A stretch of DNA of 46,070 nucleotides from a bacterium (lineage in GTDB: Bacteria > SZUA-182 > DTGQ01 > JAFGSM01): positions 1-46,070 of the forward strand of contig JBLIRO010000041.1 in the NCBI GenBank assembly GCA_049472335.1, read 5' to 3'. The translations under genes were made by a program, and so were the position numbers. Positions 9,346-19,013 of this stretch are shown here, one piece after another (the first letter of the stretch is position 1; each line of letters starts with the position of its first letter). The notes under the pieces are model-generated. The model saw nothing but the letters and a program-made list of their open reading frames with translations, searched no databases and was not told where the DNA came from.

Positions 9346-10734
9346 TTATCTGGCATATTTCCTGCCGAAAATAATAGCAATGGTTTTAAGAATGGTGATT
9401 ATATCAAGAAATAAAGAGATATTTTTAATATAGTAAAGATCGTATTGCAGCTTTTCAACGGCATCTTCAATACTGGCGCCATATCTGTAATTAACCGCTG
9501 CCCATCCTGTTATCCCGGGTTTTACCGAATGCCTTTGATCATAGTATTGAATCTCCTGAGACAACATATCAACAAAATAGGGCCTTTCCGGACGGGGACC
9601 GACAAAACTCATATCCCCTTTCAGGACATTGATCATTTGGGGAATTTCATCGATCCTCAATTTTCGTATAATCCTTCCTATGGGAGTAATTCGAGGATCA
9701 TTCTCTTCAGCCCATACCGGACCAGTGTGTTTTTCCGCGTCTGTCTTCATGGACCTAAACTTTAAAAGATTAAAGACCTTGCCATCTTCCCCCACTCTCT
9801 CTTGCTTAAAAATTACGGGGCCTTTTGAATCCAGTTTAATTAATAATGCGGTAATGAGGGAAATGGGCAAGCTTAGCAGCAAACCTATAATTGAGAGCAT
9901 GATATCGAAGATACGTTTCACAAATTTGATTAATTTGGTCTTTTTAAATCCACGGGAAAAAATCAACCAGCTAGGCCTTAGCCCCTCAAGCAGGATCTTA
10001 CCTTTCAGGTGTTCGTAAAAGGTATGTAATTCCATTACCTCAATACCCTTAAATCTCCATTTGACAAGATCTTTGCTGGGGAACGTCCCTCTTGCCTGTT
10101 GACATGAGACTATAACCTTCTTAATCTTTTCTTTTTGTGTTATAGAATCGAGATCTTCCACTAATCCCAGGACTTTTGGATTAACAATGCTTTTTCCTAC
10201 CGATTCAGGATCGTTACCAATAAATCCCGCAACCTTGTATTTTGGATGATCATCGGCCAATATCTCTCTTACAACCTTTTTGCTAAGCTCATCTGTTCCC
10301 AGAAACAGGATCTTTTGCTGTATATTGACCTTGGGAATTATCATATAAAATATAAACCTCCAACATAAAATAAGAAAACAAGCAATCATTGAAATAACAA
10401 AACAGTTATAGTATGAGAAGAAATTAACTGAAAGCAGATAACAGCCAAGGGAAACAAACATAAATGATACAATGCACTTAAAGATTAATAGATTTTTCTC
10501 ATATTTTTTCTCAGTATTATAAAGCTCATTGATAAAGAGGGTAATTTGGCTCAACAAAACAAAGGTAACAAGAAAATGATGTCTTAAATAGATAAGTCTC
10601 AAATTACCAGTGTCCAAAGATAAACTATTCATGATTTTTACAGGGACAATGGCAGTTAATAATAAAATGAGAAAGTCAACAGAGAAAACCAGTAACCAGA
10701 TCCTTGAAAAATGTTTTTCGATGTAGTTAAGCAT
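9346..10734 (-). CDS. Polyprenyl glycosylphosphotransferase (priming sugar transferase), PEP-CTERM/exosortase-associated type
   Basis: N-terminal TM helices, Rossmann-like middle, C-terminal Bac_transf domain (KRIFD, KFRSM, DPRIT, RKLRIDEIPQ, GDMSFVGPRPERP, KPGITGWA, KLQYDLYYIKN). The ending KLQYDLYYIKN is typical of TIGR03013-like proteins. Confidence 0.9.
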   Translation of the reverse strand: MLNYIEKHFSRIWLLVFSVDFLILLLTAIVPVKIMNSLSLDTGNLRLIYLRHHFLVTFVLLSQITLFINELYNTEKKYEKNLLIFKCIVSFMFVSLGCYLLSVNFFSYYNCFVISMIACFLILCWRFIFYMIIPKVNIQQKILFLGTDELSKKVVREILADDHPKYKVAGFIGNDPESVGKSIVNPKVLGLVEDLDSITQKEKIKKVIVSCQQARGTFPSKDLVKWRFKGIEVMELHTFYEHLKGKILLEGLRPSWLIFSRGFKKTKLIKFVKRIFDIMLSIIGLLLSLPISLITALLIKLDSKGPVIFKQERVGEDGKVFNLLKFRSMKTDAEKHTGPVWAEENDPRITPIGRIIRKLRIDEIPQMINVLKGDMSFVGPRPERPYFVDMLSQEIQYYDQRHSVKPGITGWAAVNYRYGASIEDAVEKLQYDLYYIKNISLFLDIITILKTIAIIFGRKYAR

Positions 10735-10853
10735 TTAGTTTACCCTTTCATTAAATGTGTAAACTGCCTACTCGTTGTTAAAACAATTCCTAAACAATCC
10801 TCAATGATCTTTAATCAGCCGAATTTGATAACCATTTTTCGTTTAGGGTATAG

Positions 10854-10869
10854 AGCAAGACTTATTCCA
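10854..10869 (-). promoter_or_regulatory. Sigma-54 (-24/-12) promoter for the sugar transferase
   Basis: Minus strand reads TGGAATAAGTCTTGCT, i.e. GG-N10-GC, about 120 nt upstream of the ATG. Confidence 0.7.
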
Positions 10870-10966
10870 GCTTGATGATTCAAACAGGGTAATGTTGGTT
10901 ACTGGTTAAAACCGCTAAGATATTCTCTATTTCTATAAAATTATGAAAAGGGCATTATGAAGTTGA

Positions 10967-11035
10967 TATGAAAAAAAATACATACTAAGGGATTAGTATG
11001 AATTTATTTTCATACAATGTGAATATTGTTACAAA
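10967..11035. promoter_or_regulatory. Tandem palindromic sites, candidate enhancer-binding-protein sites
   Basis: TATG-N10-CATA at 10967-10984 and 10997-11014 (30-bp period) and a degenerate TGTG-N10-CAAA at 11018-11035; 100-165 bp upstream of the sigma-54 site. Confidence 0.45.
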
Positions 11036-11439
11036 ATTTTTTATCTTATCAACCAAAAGCTAGTCCAAAGTCCAGTTGGGGTTTTCATGCCCGGATTTAA
11101 GCTAAATCTGATCCGATTGAACAAAACCGAGGGATGGGAAATGCTCAATTAATGATTTTGCCTCTGAGGGCAGACATAAATGACCCGAAGATGAGATGGC
11201 AAAATATGAGGTTATATTTGTATGGGCTCTAAGGGCTGGATGTTTCTATATTATCAACTAGTTTTAGGCAAAAACCTTTTAGGATTAATGCATGCTGCAT
11301 TATTTAATGAGGCAATACCATATTAAAATTTATTCCCTCTTGATGCTTAGTATGTATTTTAAAGAAACAAAATCATATTAAAATTAAATTTAGTTGGGGG
11401 GGATGGGGGCATTACAGCAAGATACCAAACCTTATGTGC

Positions 11440-12486
11440 CTATTCAGACATAAAGCTATGGAGTCTAAAGGCACCTTTTTTAAAGTTTTTTCTAATTCCC
11501 TGCAGATATTTGATTATATCTTCTGGCAAGGCACCGATTAAGCGAATCTGTGAGGATTTAAAAAAGGCTTTTATTTCGTTAAGCTTGTGAATATTATCAG
11601 GATCATCCACCAAAACTTCTACTGTATCCTTGATCTGCCTGAACGGGGTCCAGAGGTTCTTCATAAAATAATCCGCACTGAGACCTCTGAGCAGTTTTTT
11701 ATCTATGATAATCCTCGGATCAAACTCCGTGAAGGGGCAATTATAGAAATTAGCAAGTGAATACAAGATCTCTTTCTTATCTATACCAAATTCTTTTTTC
11801 AGGATTGGTATTATCCCCTTCTGAGATTCCCTGGATTTCAATATAATACTATTCAGCTCTTGTTCAGTGATAAGATTCTTCTTGACAAGGTAGCTGAATT
11901 TAGTAGGCGCCTTCATTTGATGACGTGATGACTGATTGTAAAAGGCAATACCGAGGGTGTTCGCGATCTCATTTATAGAGGATATTTCATTTTCTCCAAA
12001 CGGGCCTCCACCTTTTTTGTTAATTAGCTGAACGACTCCCAGCATCTCCCCACGAAATAAGATTGCAGAGGCCAATACCTGCTTTGTGCGGTATCCGCTC
12101 TGAATATCGAAATTCTGATTAAAACTGAGCTCAGGATCTATTTTGCTTAATTCTGCTTTATTGTAAGCATCTTCGATATTGATAAAGGTCTTGGCATAAG
12201 CAGTAAATCCCGCGATGCTCTTTTTATCTATCTTTACCCTGATCTCCCCTATCTCATTACCTATTTTAAATTTTGAAAAAAGCTCGTTTGTATTGGAATC
12301 TACGGCATACATTGTGAGTTTATCAGCATCAAATAATTTTAATATCTGATCAGGGATATAAAGCAGGATCTCGTCCAGATTTTTTGCAGCATGAATCGAA
12401 TTTGTGATATTAAGGAGTTTTTCCTTATAAATCAGCTCTTCTACTAATAATTCCAGATCTTTATCTTTTTCGGTGGTGTCTGACAT
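11440..12486 (-). CDS. GAF domain + GspE/PilB N-terminal domain protein (no ATPase domain)
   Basis: GAF motifs SIAGF, INIEDAY, FNQNFDIQSGYRTKQVLASAI, GVVQLINKKGGGPF. The C-terminal half resembles T2SSE_N (LVKKNLIT..EL, SLANFYNCPF, NLWTPF, VLVDDP). No Walker A. Confidence 0.8.
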   Translation of the reverse strand: MSDTTEKDKDLELLVEELIYKEKLLNITNSIHAAKNLDEILLYIPDQILKLFDADKLTMYAVDSNTNELFSKFKIGNEIGEIRVKIDKKSIAGFTAYAKTFINIEDAYNKAELSKIDPELSFNQNFDIQSGYRTKQVLASAILFRGEMLGVVQLINKKGGGPFGENEISSINEIANTLGIAFYNQSSRHQMKAPTKFSYLVKKNLITEQELNSIILKSRESQKGIIPILKKEFGIDKKEILYSLANFYNCPFTEFDPRIIIDKKLLRGLSADYFMKNLWTPFRQIKDTVEVLVDDPDNIHKLNEIKAFFKSSQIRLIGALPEDIIKYLQGIRKNFKKGAFRLHSFMSE

Positions 12487-12894
12487 AAAAATATACCTTT
12501 TTTTTGAATCTATTGATCAAACTTTTAAGGAACATTTCCAATAGCCCATTTTTTTGTATATCTAAATGTTCGGCATTTTTTAATTATAAGTTTGATATGA
12601 ATCCATAATAACGAAAAAATATAATGAAAAAAACATTGCATTATTTTCGTTTTCGAGTTAATATCTTATAAGTGTTTTATTATACTTAAAATGAGTACCA
12701 TTTTATAAACCATTTACTTAAATCGCTTATTGGTCTGCTATAATATCACACTGATACTTGATAATGGTCAGTTCAATAATCATGACACATTTAGGTTTTG
12801 GGATCATGTCAAGCCGGGACTTCCTGTCCTTTTCAAGTCAAACAATTCTAGTATCGAAATGGCGCGGCCCCTAGAGAGAGGAACTGACATTTAT

Positions 12895-13386
12895 ATGTTA
12901 AGCAGAACTTTTATCGATATTGCCATATTTATTATATTCTTCGTTGTTTTATTTGTTGAAATTCTTGTAAGTCAAAAAACAAACCTCGAAATAGAAGGCT
13001 TGGATAAAAAAATCACCGTCTTACAAAAATTTCGTTCTGAAGGCTTTAAAAACCTGGAGGAGAGGCTTAACTCTATCAGAGAGACCCTTTTTGAAAAGGT
13101 AAACCCATTAAATATAAACCTCAACGAATTATCGAAAAGAACGGATGATTTGTTTGAAAAATATAACTCGATTTTACAGGAGATTGACAGAAAGGTCGCA
13201 CCTTTACAAACATCATTTGACGATGCCCTGGCAGGGATTAATTCTTCCCAGGAGGCTATGAGCAATGCACTCAAAGAAGGTGAAAAGGAAATAAAAAAGA
13301 TGACTGAGAGCATCGATGCCTTTAGAGAAGAAATAAGAAAGATAAAAGACTTCATCCGTGAACGGACCATTGATCTGGAATTATAA
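12895..13386 (+). CDS. Single-TM coiled-coil membrane protein
   Basis: Likely start ATG 12895 (GAGAGAGG upstream) inside ORF 12730-13386; N-terminal hydrophobic helix IAIFIIFFVVLFVEILV followed by heptad-rich helix; 3 nt upstream of the cyclase gene. Confidence 0.75.
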   Translation: MLSRTFIDIAIFIIFFVVLFVEILVSQKTNLEIEGLDKKITVLQKFRSEGFKNLEERLNSIRETLFEKVNPLNINLNELSKRTDDLFEKYNSILQEIDRKVAPLQTSFDDALAGINSSQEAMSNALKEGEKEIKKMTESIDAFREEIRKIKDFIRERTIDLEL

Positions 13387-13389
13387 GCC

Positions 13390-14304
13390 ATGGAAGAGAT
13401 TATTGCCACCATTCTATTCGCAGATTTAATAGATTCCCCGGAATTAACAAGGGAACTAACAGTTCAGGAATATAATGAGATGTTAACGGATTTTCAGAAC
13501 ACCCTGTTTGAGGTAGTCACACATCACCTGGATTTTTATGGATATGAGGGTTACGGGATCGACTATGAATGGACCGTCGAGGGTGATGAACTTCGTATCA
13601 TTCTCTATTCCGGGCAGGTGCACTTCGATATACGCAACGCATTACTTCTGGCGATAAAGATAAAGATTGCGTGGCTGGTATCCCCGTTCAACCAGAGGGT
13701 AATGAAAGATGGTTATCAGGCATCACGGATAGGTGTGGGGATCGACTGCGGGAAAGTCATTAAGGACTTGAAACCCTGGCGAATGAAGATTGGGGAGACA
13801 CGACCCAAAATCGAAGGTTACGCCATAAACAGGACAAAACATATCGAATCAGCCTCAAGAGAGGGAAGGGTTTCCCAGATCATGGTCGGAGAGGGACTTT
13901 ATAGCATATGCCAGTTAAACAACAGGATAAACATCTCTTTCGGCCAGCCGCAAAATCTGCTCTTCAAGGGACTCGATCAAAAAATGCAAATTTACGAGGT
14001 GGTCTCGTTCATAAATTTTGAGATCCTTCCATCTATGCCTTCTTCCTTCCAGGAAGGCCTTTTGGAAAAAATGGAGCGTATAGCCGGCAATGGAGCGCCC
14101 GAACCATGGGTCTTGATTATTCTCTTGCGCTCATACATTTCAATGCTGGCATCAGGAGAAGATGAAACCCTTGTGGCCAAGGCCCTCGATCTTGCTCAAC
14201 AGGCACTGAAGGTGTTGGATTATAAGGTCGTCATTTATAATATGCTCGGTTGGCTCTACAGCAATTGTAAAAGCGCCCACACTTTAAAACTGGCCGGACG
14301 ATAG
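13390..14304 (+). CDS. Class III (adenylate/guanylate-like) nucleotidyl cyclase domain protein with short helical/TPR-like C-terminus
   Basis: TILFADLIDS, EGDE, IGVGIDCG, EGYAINRTKHIES, FKGL; C-terminus ends after YNMLGWLY (TPR-like) and may be truncated. Confidence 0.8.
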   Translation: MEEIIATILFADLIDSPELTRELTVQEYNEMLTDFQNTLFEVVTHHLDFYGYEGYGIDYEWTVEGDELRIILYSGQVHFDIRNALLLAIKIKIAWLVSPFNQRVMKDGYQASRIGVGIDCGKVIKDLKPWRMKIGETRPKIEGYAINRTKHIESASREGRVSQIMVGEGLYSICQLNNRINISFGQPQNLLFKGLDQKMQIYEVVSFINFEILPSMPSSFQEGLLEKMERIAGNGAPEPWVLIILLRSYISMLASGEDETLVAKALDLAQQALKVLDYKVVIYNMLGWLYSNCKSAHTLKLAGR

Positions 14305-14566
14305 GCTATTCAATAATACCTTTCTATTTTTCAGATTATATCAATATACATGTTTAACTGTTTTACTCAGCTATATTATGCTTACAGGATCGGTCTTTAT
14401 AAAACATCAATGTCAGCCTGCTAATTTATTGTAATTGCTGGTCAAACATCCAAATTTTCTTTAAAAATATTTAAAAAATGCTAAAATATATAATATGGAA
14501 GGCAAAAAAAATATTCATATAATCGGACTAGATTAGGAAGGTTAAGTAGAAGGAGAAGTAAATAAA

Positions 14567-14758
14567 ATGCTTATAAGAGTAATGTATATTAATCAAAAAT
14601 ATGATCTGGTTAAGCCCTGGCTTCTTGAAGAATTGATTTTAACCGGAGATATAATAGCTTTCCGGAGAGCTTCGGGATGGGTCAATATATGGAAGGACAA
14701 AATCAGGGGCAAAGGAGGATCATATCAAGGGCCCGAAAGGCGAAACCTGGATGATTAG
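14567..14758 (+). CDS. GSU3473-family small protein
   Basis: MLIRVMY...YDLVKPWLLEELI..G.I..FRRASGWV....D.IRG....YQGPERR matches the Geobacter GSU3473-family pattern as recalled; AAGGAG RBS. Confidence 0.8.
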   Translation: MLIRVMYINQKYDLVKPWLLEELILTGDIIAFRRASGWVNIWKDKIRGKGGSYQGPERRNLDD

Positions 14759-14918
14759 ATAAATAAAGATTATGATTTTAAATTCTTCCTCCCTTGTTTC
14801 TCTAAGATAAAACCACACGTACAGTTTTTCAAATCAGTATAATTTTTACTTACTATTGTCAAACCTTTTAAGTCTAAGTTTTTGTTCATTAAATTTCTCT
14901 GAATGCCAGCCAACCAAA

Positions 14919-14948
14919 TTGACAAAATAAAGTCTCGTGAATTATAAT
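14919..14948 (+). promoter_or_regulatory. Sigma-70 promoter
   Basis: TTGACA-N18-TATAAT, perfect hexamers, about 360 nt upstream of the 15312 gene. Confidence 0.55.
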
Positions 14949-15311
14949 TTGATTAACTCATGCTCTAATTAAATCTAAATAATCCTGTTGATTAAATCCA
15001 AATCGAAATATTCCAATATTCCTTCAGCAAAATCGTCTTTGCACCTTGCCTGTGAAGTTTCTTAGGTGTATCATGCCGATTTCAAATCAAGATTGGGATT
15101 AAAAGCCTCAATAACAGAATAAAAAATTTTCAAAACCTTTGGCTATTATGACAAAGATAAAAAATCAAAGTTTCAATATCAAAAAAAATAAAGTAAAAAA
15201 TGGAATACATTTTATGTCTATTAATGTAAAGAAAATATATTAAATGGATCAAAAAAAATCAAGTCTGGGGGGTTTTTAAGTTTTTAAATTCATAAAATCG
15301 AGGATCTCAAA

Positions 15312-17435
15312 ATGAAATATAAATGTTTTTTGAAGGTTATTTTTTTTGTTATTTCTCTTTTTGTAATTTTAACTCTTGCTTTTATATCCACAACAGAGGC
15401 ACAAACTTATACAACTGTCGCTGCTGAACATAATTTGGATGTTGAAAGCGATTATAAGTTTTTTTCTATTAAATACCTTGCAACAGCTTATTTCGAAATC
15501 AAATTTAATATCAAGGCTGTCAGGGGAACCGGCACAAAGGATGTGGAAATCATTCTGAAGGCAGAAAATGACGAAGGAGATTATGAAACAGAAGATAATG
15601 ATACCTTTATCTATTATCTTGGAGACGATAGCTATTCTACAAGCATGGCGTCCTATCAAACCATAGGCCCGAATAGGGATGGTGATATAAAACTACCAAT
15701 TTTTACTGCTCTTTTCGCAATGGCAGTATTTGATGATCCTTATTCTGATTGGATTGATTACACCTGGACCGGGAGCAAGATAGAGAAAATCACCGTCAGC
15801 CTGATTGCCGATCTAACATCAAAAATGGATATTCTCAAGATAAAGGAATACAAATTCAAAACTACCCATGATGATAATGACCTTGATGACTCACAGGATT
15901 TTTCAGATTACGAAAATCTTTCTTTTGCTGATTGGAACAGCCTCAGTGGCATATCCGCAGTTGATACAGTTGATGGCACCCTTTACTTGCGATCCTCCTA
16001 TTTAGCACAATACGAGGCTTGTTGTGCAGGAACTCAGGAAATATGTGATGGTAAAGACACTGACTGTGATGGAATAATACCTGCCGATGAGACAGATAAA
16101 GACGGAGATGGTTTTATGATTTGTGAGGGGGATTGTGATGATAGCGATGACACTATTTATCCGGAAGCCCCCGGAACATATGAAAGAAAAGATAATAACT
16201 GTAATGGTATCATAGATCGTAATGAAAAGGGCCGTTTTTCATACTCACTTGATGCTCGTATATTCCCATTATGGATGCAATCACAGCAATTAGGGATAGT
16301 ACCTGTTCTCCCTCCTTATTTTGAATATTCCGCAATACAAAAACAAATGTGGTACCCATATCAGTTAACTATATCCCAACAACAATCAGTTAAAACAACA
16401 CCTTATTTTTTCCATCCCGCCCCTTTCACGTGGCTTCTAACTGTAAATTATTATCCTTATAATTATTCTCCTTTCATGCCTTCTAGTATGGGGGCTCAGT
16501 ATGATATGAACTTTAACCAATACTTGAATTCTATTATTTACAATCCATTTGTCTTTGAATTCCACACGGATAATCAAACTACACAGACAACTGCTTTGCT
16601 TTTTATTGAAATAGAAGCTTCGGATACATTACTTACAATTTATAAAAATTATAATGATTTTTGCGGAACATTCAGGGAAACCGTTCATTTGACTTATACT
16701 CCTGCCACATCTAATAAAACCGCTCAATTGACTGTAACAGGATACTATTCTGATGGAAGGACTATAGACTTAACCAATGATACTTGTACTATTTATGTTT
16801 CATCAAATCAAGACATAGTCCAAGTGAACAATGATGGTAAAGTTACTGCTGTTGGAGAAGGCGAGGCAACAATTACAGTCATAAATAGTGGCATTTCTGA
16901 TCAAATAATTATAAAGGTGGAGTATGATTTTCCCAATAATATTATAAAAAACTGGGCAGGTACCTGGGAAGCATGGTTAACCGATCCCAATGAAGGAGTA
17001 GTAACCGATCCTAATGGCCAGATACAAATCATCATGTCCGGGGACATACACTTTCATATCACTGATCAGTCTTCGAATGGAGGAGTCGTTGAAGGAACAA
17101 TAAAAATTTCAGGTTGGGATGTGGATCCACAGCCAGAAGATTGGCCCGGAGATTGGACCGGTGAATCCGATGAAGTTGAACTTACCGGGTGGTTCGATCA
17201 GGCAACCAAATATCTCAAGGCACGTTATTTCTATTATCCCGGAAAAGAAACCTCCGGTGATTATGCTGTGAATGAGGATCCCCAAAATATCAAAGCTATT
17301 TATACCTGGCTTTTCAATTCAAATAAACTTACTATAACTGATACAACTATCTCAGGACAATTGAGCATTACCAGCACAGATGGATATTACAAAATAGGCA
17401 TATTCAGTTTGGAAAGAGAGATTTTGCAATATTAA
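15312..17435 (+). CDS. Secreted multidomain protein with MopE-like Cys/Asp metal-binding repeats and an Ig-like (Big_2) domain
   Basis: Signal peptide ending TEA|Q; EICDGKDTDCDG and DGDGF..CEGDCDDSDDTIYPEAP...KDNNCNGIID repeats; Y/P/Q/W-rich linker; AQLTVTGYYSDG...YVSSNQDIVQVNNDGKVTAVGEGEATITV (Big_2). Confidence 0.82.
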   Translation: MKYKCFLKVIFFVISLFVILTLAFISTTEAQTYTTVAAEHNLDVESDYKFFSIKYLATAYFEIKFNIKAVRGTGTKDVEIILKAENDEGDYETEDNDTFIYYLGDDSYSTSMASYQTIGPNRDGDIKLPIFTALFAMAVFDDPYSDWIDYTWTGSKIEKITVSLIADLTSKMDILKIKEYKFKTTHDDNDLDDSQDFSDYENLSFADWNSLSGISAVDTVDGTLYLRSSYLAQYEACCAGTQEICDGKDTDCDGIIPADETDKDGDGFMICEGDCDDSDDTIYPEAPGTYERKDNNCNGIIDRNEKGRFSYSLDARIFPLWMQSQQLGIVPVLPPYFEYSAIQKQMWYPYQLTISQQQSVKTTPYFFHPAPFTWLLTVNYYPYNYSPFMPSSMGAQYDMNFNQYLNSIIYNPFVFEFHTDNQTTQTTALLFIEIEASDTLLTIYKNYNDFCGTFRETVHLTYTPATSNKTAQLTVTGYYSDGRTIDLTNDTCTIYVSSNQDIVQVNNDGKVTAVGEGEATITVINSGISDQIIIKVEYDFPNNIIKNWAGTWEAWLTDPNEGVVTDPNGQIQIIMSGDIHFHITDQSSNGGVVEGTIKISGWDVDPQPEDWPGDWTGESDEVELTGWFDQATKYLKARYFYYPGKETSGDYAVNEDPQNIKAIYTWLFNSNKLTITDTTISGQLSITSTDGYYKIGIFSLEREILQY

Positions 17436-17522
17436 TAAATTAGGGACAGACACCTTTTTAATATTCTTTGTTGATATAAAATAGAATTAAGTCATACAAC
17501 ACATCTTATGAAAACTAACAGG

Positions 17523-17574
17523 TGTCAATAGTCTTTTAAAATTGAGCCATTTTCGGTCGTCAAATTTGAGCCAC
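17523..17574. mobile_element. Solo IS21-family-like terminal repeat (no transposase)
   Basis: TGTCAATAGTCTTTTAAAATTGAGCCATTTTCGGTCGTCAAATTTGAGCCAC: begins with TGT and has two internal AAA(A/T)TTGAGCCA repeats 24 bp apart, the layout of IS21 ends. No istA/istB seen. Confidence 0.65.
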
Positions 17575-18284
17575 TCCATGGGCTATTTATTCAGTATTCT
17601 TAATACCTTATATAAAACCATTGGTCAGAAAAAAAGAATCTAAATTTTTCTTCTAAAATTGATGATACCGTTGAAAGGCTATTCGAGAAAACAAAACAAG
17701 AGGATAAAGGTACCTTTGGCAATTGGTCTGTTCTGTACAATAGGTTTAGCTATGATAAAGGAGCACCTTGAATGCCTGGCCCATGAGGTTAAGGCTGGAA
17801 TTCAGGTGAAATTTTGGTTTATTTTTATTTTGACTTTCCATATACAAATATATATTATTTCAATTGGTATCAATGAAATTTTGAAAGGGAATCTTAACTC
17901 AGGTGATATTTTTAATATGTATTTTGGGAGAGATAACCTTAGAAAAAAAATTGATTTAATTCTGAAATATGGTGGAAATATCGTTTACACCCCCTTGTGG
18001 TAATTTTATGCAATAGCTTCCACTCCACCCCCCTGCTTCTGCATCCCAGCTTAAAATAGGCTGTTTTAATTTTTTCTGATCAAAATTTTATTCTGATTTC
18101 CCTGACAATATAGATTTAGAAAATTATGAGGCAAGCCGCATAATTTTCGACCTGAGAATAGTGGAGCTTAAATGCAGGGGAAATCTTTATGATCAGGGAA
18201 ATGAACCCAAGGGAAAAAATTAAACCAACCAATGTCAATTTGAGAGTTTTGGAAAACGAAGGCGATATAATGAAAAGGCTTTTT

Positions 18285-18468
18285 TGTAGGCTAAAACTAC
18301 ATTTTCTGTTTTCTATTAACTTGTTGAAAATAATAAAGTAATTGTTTTTTAAAAAATTTTTTTTTGGTCTTGTCGTAAACTCATACAAAAGCAAGAAAGG
18401 TGATAAAAAGCGATTTTTTTATAACTTTTTGTTATTCTTGATGTTTTTTGAAAGGAATAAAAATTGCT
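18285..18468 (+). promoter_or_regulatory. Sigma-54 promoter with two upstream TGT-N11-ACA boxes
   Basis: AGGAATAAAAATTGCT (GG-N10-GC) at 18453-18468; TGTAGGCTAAAACTACA at 18285-18301 and TGTCGTAAACTCATACA at 18371-18387. Confidence 0.65.
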
Positions 18469-18520
18469 TCTTATGCTATTTTTAATCATAAAATTTCTTA
18501 ATATGAAGAGAGGTGAGAAA

Positions 18521-18983
18521 ATGAAAAGTTTTGTAAAAAAAATTTTCTTGATATTTCTAATTTTTCATTAGCAATAGGTCTTGCTCTGGCAAACGCTGAT
18601 CATCTGGAACTTGATCTCACATCTTTTGACTCGTCAGGAATTATAAACGGTACGATATTTTATACATCTTCAACAGGTAGCTCTGGAGATATTGACATGT
18701 TTTTCTTGAGATTCAAGATTGTGGAACCACTGAAGCCGGATATAATACCGATGGGGCTCTTTAATACGACACAAAGTCAGCTTATTCATTGCATTTAAGC
18801 GCCATTAGTACCAGCATCGTTGACATTTCCGGAATAAACTAGTTCGAGTTTGTGTTAGAAGTGGCTAATTATAATCAATATGTTTACCTTTACACAGGAT
18901 TCGGTGAACCTGATGATATAGTCGATGACGGATGTGAGAAATGGACGCATAAAATAGAGAAAACTTTTATACGGCAAATTTAG
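18521..18983 (+). pseudogene. Decayed exported protein resembling PEP-CTERM passenger domains
   Basis: GAGGTG RBS then ATG. Reconstructed across 2 frameshifts and 2 in-frame stops: MKSFVKKIFLIFLIF/SLAIGLALANADHLELDLTSFDSSGIINGTIF...DIDMF/LEIQDCGTTEAGYNTDGAL*YDTK...GIN*FEFVLE...YVYLYTGFG...DDGCEKW. No PEP-CTERM tail remains. Confidence 0.65.
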
Positions 18984-19013
18984 AAAAATTTAAACACGGA
19001 ATAATTTTATACC

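Noticed and set aside
11140..11210. Structured RNA or c-di-GMP riboswitch (ATTTTGCC...GGCAAAAT inverted repeat)
   Set aside because: Only a short stem; the GEMM consensus elements were not found on either strand.
12895..14304. Pycsar/CBASS anti-phage system
   Set aside because: The TM partner has no recognisable cyclic-nucleotide-binding or TIR domain, and no PycC-specific features could be verified by eye.
17659..18394. ORFs 17659-18003 (+) and 18116-18394 (-)
   Set aside because: No RBS or recognisable motifs; likely chance ORFs in AT-rich decayed DNA, and the second overlaps regulatory boxes.
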